Below are positions 40,101 through 51,785 of a stretch of 64,000 nucleotides of DNA, piece after piece. Where the stretch lies: NCBI RefSeq assembly GCF_009914755.1, contig NC_060946.1; one strand, written 5' to 3'. Position 1 is the first letter of the stretch. Every line of letters starts with the position of its first letter. The position numbers and the translations under genes were made by a program. The DNA is from the human T2T-CHM13v2.0 reference genome, Homo sapiens. The notes under the pieces are model-generated. The model made no database searches. It saw nothing but the letters and a program-made list of their open reading frames with translations, and was not told the DNA's origin.

Positions 40101-43100
40101 CCCTTCAACCCCCATATTCACTGAATCCAGGGGCAAGAAGGGGGACATCGACACTCACCTGGGAACAAGCAAACCAGCTCAGATGCCCCATAACGAGGCC
40201 ACCAGATCCCAGGCAAGCCCCCATTCCTCAACACAAAGGTCCAAAATCAAGTTTCCAGCCAACTAGAACATGCGAATTTTGGGGACATAGAGGAAATAAT
40301 CACCATCCACTCGCAATGCCCACTGCTAATGACACAGCACAATGCTGAGGATGTTGCTCCTCCCTCCCGACATGTCATCCTCTTCTCCAGAGTCTCTGTC
40401 ACACCAGGGCCAGGTTCTGGATTCCCCACCCACCCCGCCTGCAGGACACGAGTCCTTGATGTTGACCCCACACCCTGGGCTCCATCCCTGACCTAAGGAC
40501 CAGCTTCTACGGCCCTGAAAGAGTCGTGTGTCATGACTTGACACTGGTCCTCTTCCCTGTGCTGAATGAGACGTGAAGGAAAAATGACCCCAAATCTGCC
40601 CAGGATCCCCTGCGCCACACGTGAGATGCTCCAGTTCCCTCGGGGATTCAGAAGCATCCCTAGCTGGCATCAACGGAGGCCGGGAAGACTAGGTCTTTTC
40701 CCAAAATGCTTAGTTATGCAAACACCTCAAAAGGCACCCGTACCTCTTGTAACAACCCAAGCGTGAGGACTCCCTCTTTCTGGGGTGATCTGGGGAAACT
40801 GCTCTCCTACATGGTCATCTTGAGGATTGCAGATGGGCCACGGAAATGTCAACACAGTGACATCAGCAGGGGCAGTAGGGTCAGGATCAGGGTCAGTCTT
40901 TGTCACTTGGTCACTTGGGACCACATCAAACCTGACCCTGTTTGGCCAGTAATTTCACAAGGGTGGTCTCCCCAGGAAACACGTGGGCTGGGCAAGGTCT
41001 GAGGGGAGGGGGATGACCTGCATCCTGCATTTTCCAGGACATTCCCAGTTTGTGCCACTGACTCTGGAAGCTGAGGTGGATGCTAGAGCAGTGTCCAGCC
41101 CCTGGTGACCCTAGCCCCATCCAGGTCCCCAGACCACTGGCCACCAATCAGCTGCAGTTTCCCAGGTGCCTATGTGTACCCAGCCTCAGCTCGGGACCCA
41201 GGCCTGGCCGTGCCTGGCCCATTGTAGCAGTAATGGTGGGCTCTGCCCAGAGACCCAGGCCTGGGCTGCCTCCAGGACCCCCACCCACATCTATCAGAGA
41301 GACTCGTGAAGTTATTAATAGTGCCCCTTCCACTCCCAGGAACATCCCAGTTTAAACAACAAATTTTGGTTGCCCAAGCTCAGAGTAACTGTTTGCTAAA
41401 TGACTGAATGACGTTCTTCATAATGGCTAATAATGAGGGGGAGGAAGCCAAGCCCAGCCACCTAGCACTATGGTAAGCAGTGCTGGACATTACAATGGGG
41501 GCCAGGGGCCAGGAGAGCCTCACTAGGGGCCACATCCAGGCAGTCACCATGACATTCCTGGTCCCCTGCCTGGAGCCCCTAGAAATGAGCTCACTCAGGC
41601 CCAGCTCACAACACAACCAGGGGTGGCCCTAATACCATCTCCCACTCAGCAACAGCACACCACGTCCAGAGACCGGCAAGGGACAGCTCCTCTGGGCAGC
41701 CCTAGTTCCTGGGGAGACCACAGGCAGCAGGGAGAATGCCTCCTGGCTTTGGGACAGGAGCCAGGGAGGGGCTGGGTGACTTCTGTGGCTGGCAACACAG
41801 AGCCCCCGTGTCAGCTCCAGGAAAGAGTAGCCCACAGCCAGGACGACCCACCAGGGCACCCGCAGTGTGCCTCTTTCCATACAGGCCATCCTTCATGGTG
41901 ACTCTCTCTTCCTATAGCAACACCAACACCCTTGATCTGGCCACGGGTCCCTCCTGCTTCTCACATCAGGTCTGATGTCCACTGAGCATCCAATGTGCCA
42001 GTTGCCGTGCCAGGCACCAAAGCCTGGACCCCTCACAGGTGTCACTAGGATGGGCCCTCCCTGCCCACCCAGTTCCCAGCCTGTGCAGGGACATGTTGGG
42101 ACTTTCTGACTATGGAAATGATAGAGGAGAAAGGGGCCTCATCTTCACAGTTTCAGGCCAAAGGGGAGCCTCCCACTCAGACCCCTAGACACATCCTCTC
42201 CTGACCTGTCTGGGGAGGAGGATGGGAAGTGGTGGTCAGACTTGGCCTGGGCTCCCACAGGGGACAGAAAGTTTGCAAAGGTCTGGGCAGCAGAGAGCAG
42301 CTCCCAGAAGGAAGGGGTGCTGGTCCCCAGGGGCTGCTGGGCAGAGTAGCTGAAGAAGGTGAGACCCCAGACCGGCCAGGTAAGTAAGCCCCCTTCTCAG
42401 GGGCTGCCCAGAGCGAAGTCACATGTTCAGCTCTCTTCTGAGGACCTGCTGCTCCTGGAAACCCAGCAGGGTTAAGGCAGGCACAGCCAGGTTCAGACAG
42501 CTCATGTTTGCGGGAGAGGGAAATCAAGTCAACAGACAAGGAACAATGTCATGTAGGAGGCGGGATTTGTGCTGGGGAGAAATAGGGCAGAGGATGGGGG
42601 GTAGGGAGCACCTGGCTGGGGTCTCACGGGGGGCGACGTCCCAGGGGCTGGAGGCAGCCAGCGACTGAGGAGCCCTGACTAGCGCCAGGCCCCTGTGGCT
42701 GGAGTTAGTGGCTCGAGCTCAGCCTCAGTTTCCCCTCTGTGCAGCTGGGTTGATAATAATGGAAACTGACTCTCTGGGTGGGGGGAGGGACAATCAGATG
42801 GAAAATAGATGTTTTGTTTGTCTCTGCCGTTGGTTGTTTTCATCCTTGGGCTGTTCCAGCCCCAGACAGCCTCAGGCCAGCCCCCTGCCCATGCTGGGCT
42901 CCCCACCGGCCCTGGAACCCTCACCCCAGTGCAGCTGGCCTGGTGAAACCAAGAGTGCCTGAGGCCCGAAATAGCTGGGAAACCCCACCAAGCCTCAGCC
43001 CTGGCAGCAGGTGCCTCCTTCTCCCCAGGGTGGGAGGCAGGGGGGCGATTCAGTTTCCAAAGCTTCCACCAGCCCAGCTGGAGAATGGTCCTGTGTCCCC

Positions 43101-43604
43101 GCACCAAGACACCCAAGCCCCGTGCCCAGGCTTGAGTTAGACAGGGTCTGGAGATCATGGTCAATCAATGATCAGAAGTAGCACCTTCTGCTCCAGAAGC
43201 TTCTATTCATGCAGGCCCTACCCCCTCCTCACAGCTCCCCAGGAACCGTTCTAAATGCCAGGTTCAGAGCTGTGCCCAATTGGGGGGCACAGCCAGACAC
43301 TTGGAGCTCAGAGGGGCCTGGGGTGGGCAGGGCTGGCCAGAGCTGGACATGGGACCCTGCTGATCACACTCCACCTGCTGCCCCCAGGTCTTGGACCCTT
43401 CAAGGGAGCTGGGCCAAGTAAGGGGATGGGAAGGGAAACAAGAACCCTTCCAAGAGCTTCCCTGGGAGCCCAGAGCCTGAGGCAGTAACGAAGCTCCTGG
43501 AAGCACAGCTGCCAAGAGGACTTCCGGGGTCCCTACCCAGTGGGCAGGACCTCAGACTGGTCAGTCACTTATTTGTGTGTCTGTCCATCCATATATCTGA
43601 ACAT

Positions 43605-43609
43605 GCACA

Positions 43610-43648
<39 letters not shown>
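43605..43648. repeat. (CA)n/(CG)n microsatellite
   Basis: Directly visible. Confidence 0.9.
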
Positions 43649-45249
43649 TCATCCTTCCACAAGCCCCGAGGCCTGGCCTGTGCAGGGCTCTTGACACATG
43701 GTGTCCCAGGCAAGGCAGGACTGCCCCAGCCCACCCCCAGGTGAGACCTGGAGTGTGCCTTCTCATGGGAGGAGGGGGCTGTGGCCTTGGGGTGCCCCAT
43801 TCCCTGTCCAGTCTTCCCCATGCTGGGTCTAGATGCTGAGGTCAAAGAGAGGTTGACAGGTGTGAGGAACAGGCCACTGTGGTGAGGCTTAATGCCCCCT
43901 GTCCGATGACCAGATCCTACCCACTGCCCCCGTTACAGACCTCCCTGTCTTTCTCCATGTGGAGGAAACGTTCCCAGGATATTCCAGGGCTCCAGGTTCT
44001 GATGAGAGTATGGGAGGAGACCAAGTACCCAGCCTCAGGGCCTGGGTTCACCCCTGCAGACGGCAAATCCCATCCACCTGTGGGACTTCACCAGCTCATT
44101 CTTAGAGGACACCAGCCTGGAGCTCCCTTGGCCCAGGAAAGCCAGGAGCCAGGCCCGCCACACGTAGCCATTGCACATGTCACCTGACACATAAGATGCG
44201 AACTGTAGGGTGGGCAGGCCAGGGATGAGTGCCCCCACCTCTGCCTTCCTCCCCACAGGCCCACCCACGAGGCTGAACAGGGTGGCCCTAGACCCAGCAC
44301 CATCTTCAATCAGCTCATCCACTGGCATCCCCCACCACCGTCCCCTCAACATGCACAGGATGCCAGCCACCCAGGCCAGTTCCTGAAGTAAAGCAAGCAA
44401 GGGGGGGTACTTGTCCCCGCCCAGCCCAGAGCTCAGATTGCAGATGAGACCCCCTTGCTTGAAGAAGACAAGGGGCAGGAGATACTGGGGATTCCATGTG
44501 GTCATCAAAGGTAGCCTGGTGGCAGCAGCAACCTCAAACAGGCCTAGGAGCTGGATCAAGGACTGAAGGGCAGAGAGAGGACGGGTGTGTTAGGGGTGAG
44601 TGTGAGCAAAGGTATAGGAGTGACCACAGCATCCCTTCTTCCCACAGGGCCACAGTAGTGCACAAGGGCCCTCATGGAAGCACCCTGAAAGCTCACCTCA
44701 AAGGCCCCATACTCTGTCCCCCACGTCACCTGGCCTGCCACCCTACTTAATACCCAGGAAGTCCTTGGAGTCTGTGCCACATGGATGGGCTCCAAGATGG
44801 ACCAGGCTTCCAGGGGGGCAGGGAACAAGGGAGAAAAGAGGTCTGGGCCCTGCATAGGACACAGGTAGTGACCACCCGGTGGAGGAGAGGGAATGAGCAG
44901 AGGATGCTGGGAGCCAGGCCCAAGGCAGGGCCCTGCAGGGTGCACAGTTCTCTGGGTTGGACGGTGGACCAAGGCCATGAACATTCATGCTGGTCCAGGC
45001 CAGTGGACCAGAGTGCCCCAAGCCCCAGAGCTCTGCAGAGGGGCAGGGGCAGGGCCCAGAGAGAGCAAGGCCGAGAGTAGAGGCCCTAAACCTCAGGTCT
45101 GACCAGATCTGCAACTCTACAGGTAGCTGCATCCTGTGTTGAGACGCTATTGAGTGGCCTTATTGTCCCGTACCATTTATAAAACACGTGGACACACGTT
45201 ATCCACCTGAGCCACTCAGGGATTCTGTGAGGCCACAGCCAGAATCATG

Positions 45250-45340
45250 GTCCCATTTCACAGGTAGGAAAACTGAGGCCCAGAGCAGTTAGATCCCAAA
45301 AAGCCAGAGCCAGCTCTGTGGTGTCCTGACTTCCAGCCCA
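45250..45340 (-). mobile_element. MIR fragment (similar cores near 38660, 39080, 46180, 52935)
   Basis: CCCATTTCACAGGTAGGAAAACTGAGGCCCAGAG MIR core. Confidence 0.7.
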
Positions 45341-45413
45341 GGGCCTCCCATCTGACAAATGGAGAAACAGACCAGGAGAGAAAGGGATCTGCCCGAGCTC
45401 ACATAGGCGCCCC

Positions 45414-45852
45414 TGTGTGGAGGGGCCCATGTGGAGGGGACCTGTATGGAGGGTGGCACGTGGAGGGGCCCACGTGTGGAGGGGCCCATGTGTGGAGGGG
45501 CCCGTGTGGAGGGATCATGTGTGGAGGGGCCCGTGTGGAGGGATCATGTGTGGAGGGGCCCATGTGGAGGGGCCTGTGTGGAGAAATCATGTGTGGAGGG
45601 GCCCATGTGGAGGGGCCTGCGTGGAGGGGCCCGCGGGAGGGGCCCGCGTGGAGGGATCATGTGTGAAGGGGCCCGCATGGAGGGGCCTGTCGGTAGGGTG
45701 CCAGGTAGAGGGGCCCATGTGGAGGGGATCTGTTGGAGGGTGTCTGTGTGGAGGGGGCCTGTGTGGAGGGGCCCGTGAGGAGGGCGCTGTGTGGTGGGAC
45801 CCGTGTGGAGGAGCCTGCATGGAGAAGACCTGTATGGAGGGTGGCTGTGTGG
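45414..45852. repeat. G-rich minisatellite, unit about 14-18 bp (TGTGGAGGGGCCCR / TGTGGAGGGATCATG)
   Basis: Degenerate tandem repeats directly visible. Confidence 0.95.
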
Positions 45853-46549
45853 ACCACTGCCCTCTGCCAGAGACCAGATTGTTCACTTCCTCCACCATTC
45901 CACAGCTCCAGCCCCATTTCAGGGGTGCAGAAAAGAGGCCTGAAAGCAGCATGGATGAGAGTTAGGGCTACAGGCCCTGATGGCCATTCCTTCCCTGTGC
46001 CTTGGGAGATGCAAGGAAGGAGGGTGGCTGCAAAGGCCTGTGGGAGCCCAGAGCACTGTTCTTCCCAAAGGGGCATCTGCCCTGGGAGCCCAGACCTCAG
46101 TGTCAGACAGAGAAGGGGTCCCCCCACCATGCTCAGCCCTCATCAACCCTTGACCTTGAGCAATCTGCTTCTCTTCTGTAGCCCTCAGTTTCCTCATCTG
46201 CCCAAGGGGGTGATAAGAGTCCCTCCCCACAAGGTAGGTTTGCGGATTGAGATGATGCCTAAGCTGTGCCTGGCCTATGGGGACCCTCACCTACCCTCAG
46301 TCATTGCTCTTGCCTGGGCCTGCGGGTGACACTGTGTGAACCTGGGCAAATGCCTTTGCCTTCCTGGGCCCAGCCTTCCCTCTGGTCAAGGAGGAACTGG
46401 GTCAGGGACCCCGAGTGCCAGCCATTCAGGAAACCAGCAGATTCCTGGGTGAAGGGGTTGGCCAGGGAGGCCTGAGATGGGAGTAGGGTGGGGGCCAGGC
46501 CAAGGGATGGGGTTGGGGGATGCGCTTTCCCAGCTCTGGTGGCCCTGCC

Positions 46550-46770
46550 TGCAGCTGGCCACCCCTGGAAATCCCCAGGCTAAATTTAACCCCAAGTTGG
46601 CTGAAACCAGAACTCAGAGTGACAAAAGGAGAAAAATAAGAGGAAGAGAAACTGAGCTCATGGCCACCCGGGCATGGGATGAGTGACAAACAGGCCCAGG
46701 TGTGGCCCAGGAGGAGCATGGGGCAGTTTCAGGGCTGCTGCTGGATGTTTGTGCAGCTCACAGGTGGGGG
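46550..46770. promoter_or_regulatory. Ig lambda 3' enhancer core
   Basis: E-box CAGCTG 46552; kB site GGAAATCCCC 46567-46576; MEF2-type CTAAATTTAA 46580-46589 (lambda-A-like); PU.1-IRF composite GGAAGAGAAA 46642-46651 in lambda-B-like context; CAGGTG at 46697 and 46761; about 13 kb 3' of C7, where the human enhancer is known to lie. Confidence 0.85.
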
Positions 46771-49094
46771 CAGTAGAGCCTGCGCCCCACCCCACCCCCT
46801 CCTAGTCCAGCCCCTGGGCCTGATGCTGCCCCCTGGCTGCCTCCCCACACCCTGAGCTCCATCCTGGGTCCCAGGGTCCACCAGAAGGCATCTCAGAACC
46901 AGCCAGCAGTGGCCCTGATTGTCAGCAGGACCCCAGGGAGGGGGGTGGCCAGGACAGGGCTCTGAAGCCCCCACCCCAGGACCTTCCCTGGGCAGAACGA
47001 GTTGGTGAGGGAGTGATGAGCAACCACAGGCCTCCTAACTTCCCAAGCTGGCGATTCTGAGAGGCCTCAAGGCTGAGACACGGTTCAGCCTTTTAGGCCC
47101 TCCTGAACGTGTCCCCTGTCTCCACAGCCTGGGAATGCACTCTCTTTTGACCCAGAAATCCTGCTCATAAGAATTTATCATGGAGATGCCAGAGGGCCAG
47201 TGCATGTGGATGTTAGCCAGGGAGCTAACAGCAAAACGTGACAGAAAAGAGCCCGAGAGCAGATGCCAGCCTCACATCCACATCCCCAGATGGCCTTGGA
47301 GAAGGGCCATAGACAGATGTTCACAATAGGGCAAGAAGAAGTGAGGAAAGAAGTTCCCATCTTTGTGATAAGCCCATGATTTCATGCAGAAAAAGATCTG
47401 GAAGGCGCCATACCAACGCGCTAACAGGGCCTCTTGGGCAGTGCAGGATCAGAGACTTGCTTTGTATTCTTATTTAATTTTTCCTGTTTTCAGATTTTAT
47501 AATCGGAGAACAAAACATTAAGCCAATTTAAGATGTAAGATCCTATAAAAATGCTGTATTCGATGATGCGAATGGCATCTGAAAAGCCTTGAACATATTA
47601 TCCCAAAGAGGCCACCAGATAAGACGTGACCTGTGTGTGCATGAATCCCTGCATTTTTATCCATACCTAGATGCACATCCGTATCCACATCTATTCCCCG
47701 GGGCTACCGGTTGCGGGGGTAAACTGTAGGTAATATTGGTTTTCATTTTGTACATCTAACTTTTTTCATTTTTTGACAATCATTATACATTTATTATTAT
47801 GAAAAATAGAAGGTTTTGTCACTTAAATCAACATGTTTATTCCAATTCACTTAACATTCAGCAAATATTTCTTGTGTGTCTGCTACACCCACAACAGTCA
47901 GGGTGCAGGGTTTGAGATTACACTGATGAGAAGACAGAGTGTTCTCTCTTGAGGAGTAGTACAATGGGGGATTATATGGAAGAGGTCACTACGATCCTAA
48001 CATGGATTCGCATCCTGTATGTCTTAGGTGCTGCCCAAAGCCCGAAATTGTCTCACAGCTCCAGCCAGCTCAGAGGCAGGAAGCCCAGGGAAAGTTGCCG
48101 AGTCATAAAAATGGAAAGAGAGGGCATTCCAGGGGGGATGAGTACCTAGCAGCCGACATTTAGCAAAGACGATTGGAAAATGAACCCCCCCTTAAAATAC
48201 AGTTAAACACAGAGGAGGGAGCAACTGCAAACAAAAAGTTTAAGCGATTTCTGCAAAGAGCAATAAAAGCCATAGAGCAGCTTGGGACAAGGTCAGGTCA
48301 GGATGAGCAGAAGTTGGGAAGGAAAGAAGGAAGCCAGGATGGACTTGGAGAGTTTTTACCAGTTCCTCAGGCAGGAAGAATTGTATGGTAGGTCAGAGCA
48401 TATTTCTAGGAAGACCTCGGTTGACAAATTTCTCTGCCACTGAGAGATGACAATTTACCTTGGTAACTAATCTCTCTCCTCATGTTCCCATCTATTTGAT
48501 ATTGATTTAATATGAGTAGCTACCTCCCATGTGTATAATAGGAAATGTATGGGAGAATGCATATTAATTCCTGAATAGAATATCTGGTTCCATGAATGAT
48601 GGAAGTTGGTTAGAATTTATTATTGGAAACTCACCCTGCACTACCTATAGTTGGTTTATTTTAATTATACTTATATTCATTATATAGTAACTCATATATA
48701 TTTGTCATTTCTTTTCTTATATTCAAAAAGTCTCTACATAAATAAACTCTGCACCTATGGTCATTGCTGGGTATCTGTTCTATACACAGCAAGGAGCCAG
48801 ACGCCCTATCTTACTTGTTCACTTTCCAGCTTCTCCTTAGAAAAAAAAATACAAGTTTTTAACCCAATTCTATGAGTCTAGTACTGTGACCCAAAACCCA
48901 AAGGGCAGGAACTCAACAGCCACCTCTCCATCCTGCCTGCCTCCCAACCCACATTCCCCTTCCAGAACCCTCACTGATGAGGGAAAAGATGATGTCTCCA
49001 AGAGGAGCAGCCCGTTCACACATCTTCAAGCTTCATCTCCCCAGCAGCCATCCAAGTGCCTGACCTTCAAGGCTCTCAATAAACAGTCTGAATG

Positions 49095-49320
49095 AGGAAA
49101 GAAAGGGAGGGAGGGAAAGAAGGAGGGAGGGAGAAAGGGGTAGGTGGATGGATGTATAGATGGGTGAGTGATTGATGGGTGGATGAGTGGGTGGATTGGT
49201 AGGTGAATGGATGAGTGGATAGTTGGGTGGGTGAGTGGATGGCTGGATAGATGAATGCGTGGACTGGTGGGTACATGTGTGGGTGGGTAGTTGGATGGGT
49301 GAATAGTTGGATAAGTAGGT
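49095..49320. repeat. GA-rich plus degenerate (TGGA/TGGG)n repeat
   Basis: Directly visible. Confidence 0.9.
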
Positions 49321-51019
49321 AAATTCTAACCATGAGAAGCACAGATTGGTATCTGGCAACTCTGTGTAGAGATTAGATTCCAATTCCTGCTCTGATCCTG
49401 ACTCGGGTGTGATCTTGGGCCCTTTCCTTAATGTCTTGAAGCCTTTTCCCTTCATCTGCCCTGCCCATCTCACAAACTGCTGGGAAGAACCCTGGAAGGA
49501 CATATGTGCACGAAGATGCTTTAGAAACCCTAGCAAGCTTCTCAGGTGTGACCTTAGCATTGGAGGGAACTTGAAGGTCATTGGGCTGACTCTCCCGATG
49601 GTTGGATCACAGTTCATGGTAAGAGCCTAAGCTTAGAGTCCAGACAGACCTGGGTTTGTGTCCTGGCTCCACCACTTGTCCGAGTGTGACTGTCCTGCCT
49701 GTGTACTCCTCTGTGATGTGGAGGTGATGATGGTGGCAGCTTCCCCTCAGGGCTATGTGAGGATTCAGTGGGATCATCGTGGAAAGCCCTGGGCACATCA
49801 CCCAGCAGGGGTGCCACGACGAAACCCAAGGTCTGCCCTCCGGGGTCCCAAAAAAGAGGCCCAGTCTTGCCTTTCCAGAGCAGGGTACCCTAGAGGCCAT
49901 GGGATTGAAGGAGAGCTCTAGGATGTCCAGCTCACGGGTTCACAAAACCCTGAAAAGTGTCTGTATAAATGCTCATTGCAGGGAAAGATCTGTGGCTTTA
50001 TACAGAAAGAGGCCATGACACATAAAGGGTTAACCACAGTCCATCTAATCCAGGACTCTCACTTAGGAAACTGAGACCTATGTCCTGTCCAAGGGCACTC
50101 TGTGGGTCAGGGGACAGCAAAGCACAGACATTCAACCCAGCATGGAGGCCCCTCCCCACCCAGGAGCAGGAGCCTGCCTTGGAATGCCAGACCTGAGATA
50201 GGATTACTGCCACCTGGGAACAGCATACACTGGTGAGAGGCAGGGGCAGGGAGAACACCACCACAGGGGCAGGGAGAACACCACCAGGATGGGGAAAGGG
50301 AACCACAGGGCCTACTCTTTTAATTAAGCAGTAGAATTGTAAGAAAATTGCAACTTTCTTTTAAAACCTGTCTTTCAAGGTTGTTAAAATGGGGTTTTAA
50401 TAACAAAACTGTGGGAGAAAGAGGTGGCTGATGTCAAAAACATCTCAACCCACTCCCCTGGGGGACCTGCAGTTCTCTAGTTCGTGAGTTTCTGCTAACA
50501 AAAAGCACACTAAAAGAGGGGCCAAAACAAATGGAAATCAAGCTTATCAAACACAGATGACATGGAGTTGACCAAAGCATCTAGAGCTGAGATTCCAGGA
50601 AGCAGATCTCTCTCCTTTCTCTGGGACCATCCTAGGAGAGGTTCCAGGGCCCCCTGGCACAGAGGTGCCACCAGCGACCTCAAACTTCAGGCGCAGGTGG
50701 GGGCAACAGGCGTAGTTGAGGCTACAGGGACACAGGTGTCAGCACAGCATACGAGAGGGCCACCTTGTTTGTTTTCTGACTTCCTCTTAAAATACAGTTT
50801 ATCGCCCTTGATCTTTAGTTTCAAATAGTAACTATTCACAGTAAACAATGTGACACAGTAAACAACGTGTACAGAAAAACAAACAGGAGAAAACAATTTG
50901 CCCCTTGTACTTCACCCAGAAGAGCCACTGCTAATATTTTGATGTATTTCCTTCTATTTTAGTTGCAAACTGTAACAACCATTAAATAAATAAATACGAT
51001 GAATTTGTAAAGTTTACAG

Positions 51020-51125
51020 AGTAATAATAGGAGTGATGATTGCACAACATCGTGAATGTACTAAATGCCACTCAATTGTACACTTTAAAATGGTGAATTC
51101 CACATGATGTGAGTTTCACATCTAT
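51020..51125 (+). mobile_element. L1M 3'-end fragment
   Basis: GTGATGATTGCACAACATCGTGAATGTACTAAATGCCACTCAATTGTACACTTTAAAATGG. Confidence 0.75.
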
Positions 51126-51662
51126 TAGCCTCCTGGGCTAGGAATACTGCCTAGACCTCAGGAACCACGGAATTCATCATCTCTTTCCTTTTCCTTAAAG
51201 TTTGACCTCCTGTGTGTGCCCTTCAACAAACGGTTTTTCAGCTTGTCCTGCTTTTGAACTTCATACGGATTGAAGAAGACCATGTGTATTTTTCATGGTT
51301 TGCTTCTTTCTCAACACTGTCTCTTTGATATTGATGTTGATGAATTACTCATTTCACTGCTGACTAGAAGCCCACTGTGTGGAGGTCCCATCACTCAGCT
51401 GTCCACTCTGCTGCCACTGACACATGGGCAGTTTTGCCCAGGAGCAGGGCATCAGAAACACCCAATTGGAGTCCAGTGTGACAGTTTGTCCAGGGCCTGT
51501 CATTGTACAACACATCATTTCACTTTGTTTTTCAAACATAGTGAATTCTTTCCTAATTAAAGAAGAAAAGAGTATAAAGAGAAAGTTTCCAGTGCAGCCT
51601 GGAGATCTGTACTGGTTGTATCTGGAATTCCAGACTCAGCCTTGCATTTCACATAGCAGATA

Positions 51663-51785
51663 GATGATGATGATGGAGAAGGAGAAGAAGAAGGAGGAGG
51701 AGGAGGAAAGAAGGAAGAAGAAGAAGAAGAGGAGGAGGAAGAAGAAGACGAAGGGAAGAAGAAGAAGGAGGAGGAGGAGGAGGAA
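51663..51785. repeat. (GAT)(GAA)(GAG) trinucleotide polypurine tract
   Basis: Directly visible. Confidence 0.95.

Noticed and set aside
45399-45965. Overlapping repetitive ORFs / CRISPR-like appearance
   Set aside because: Minisatellite without unique spacers in mammalian DNA; the ORFs come from a stop-poor repeat unit
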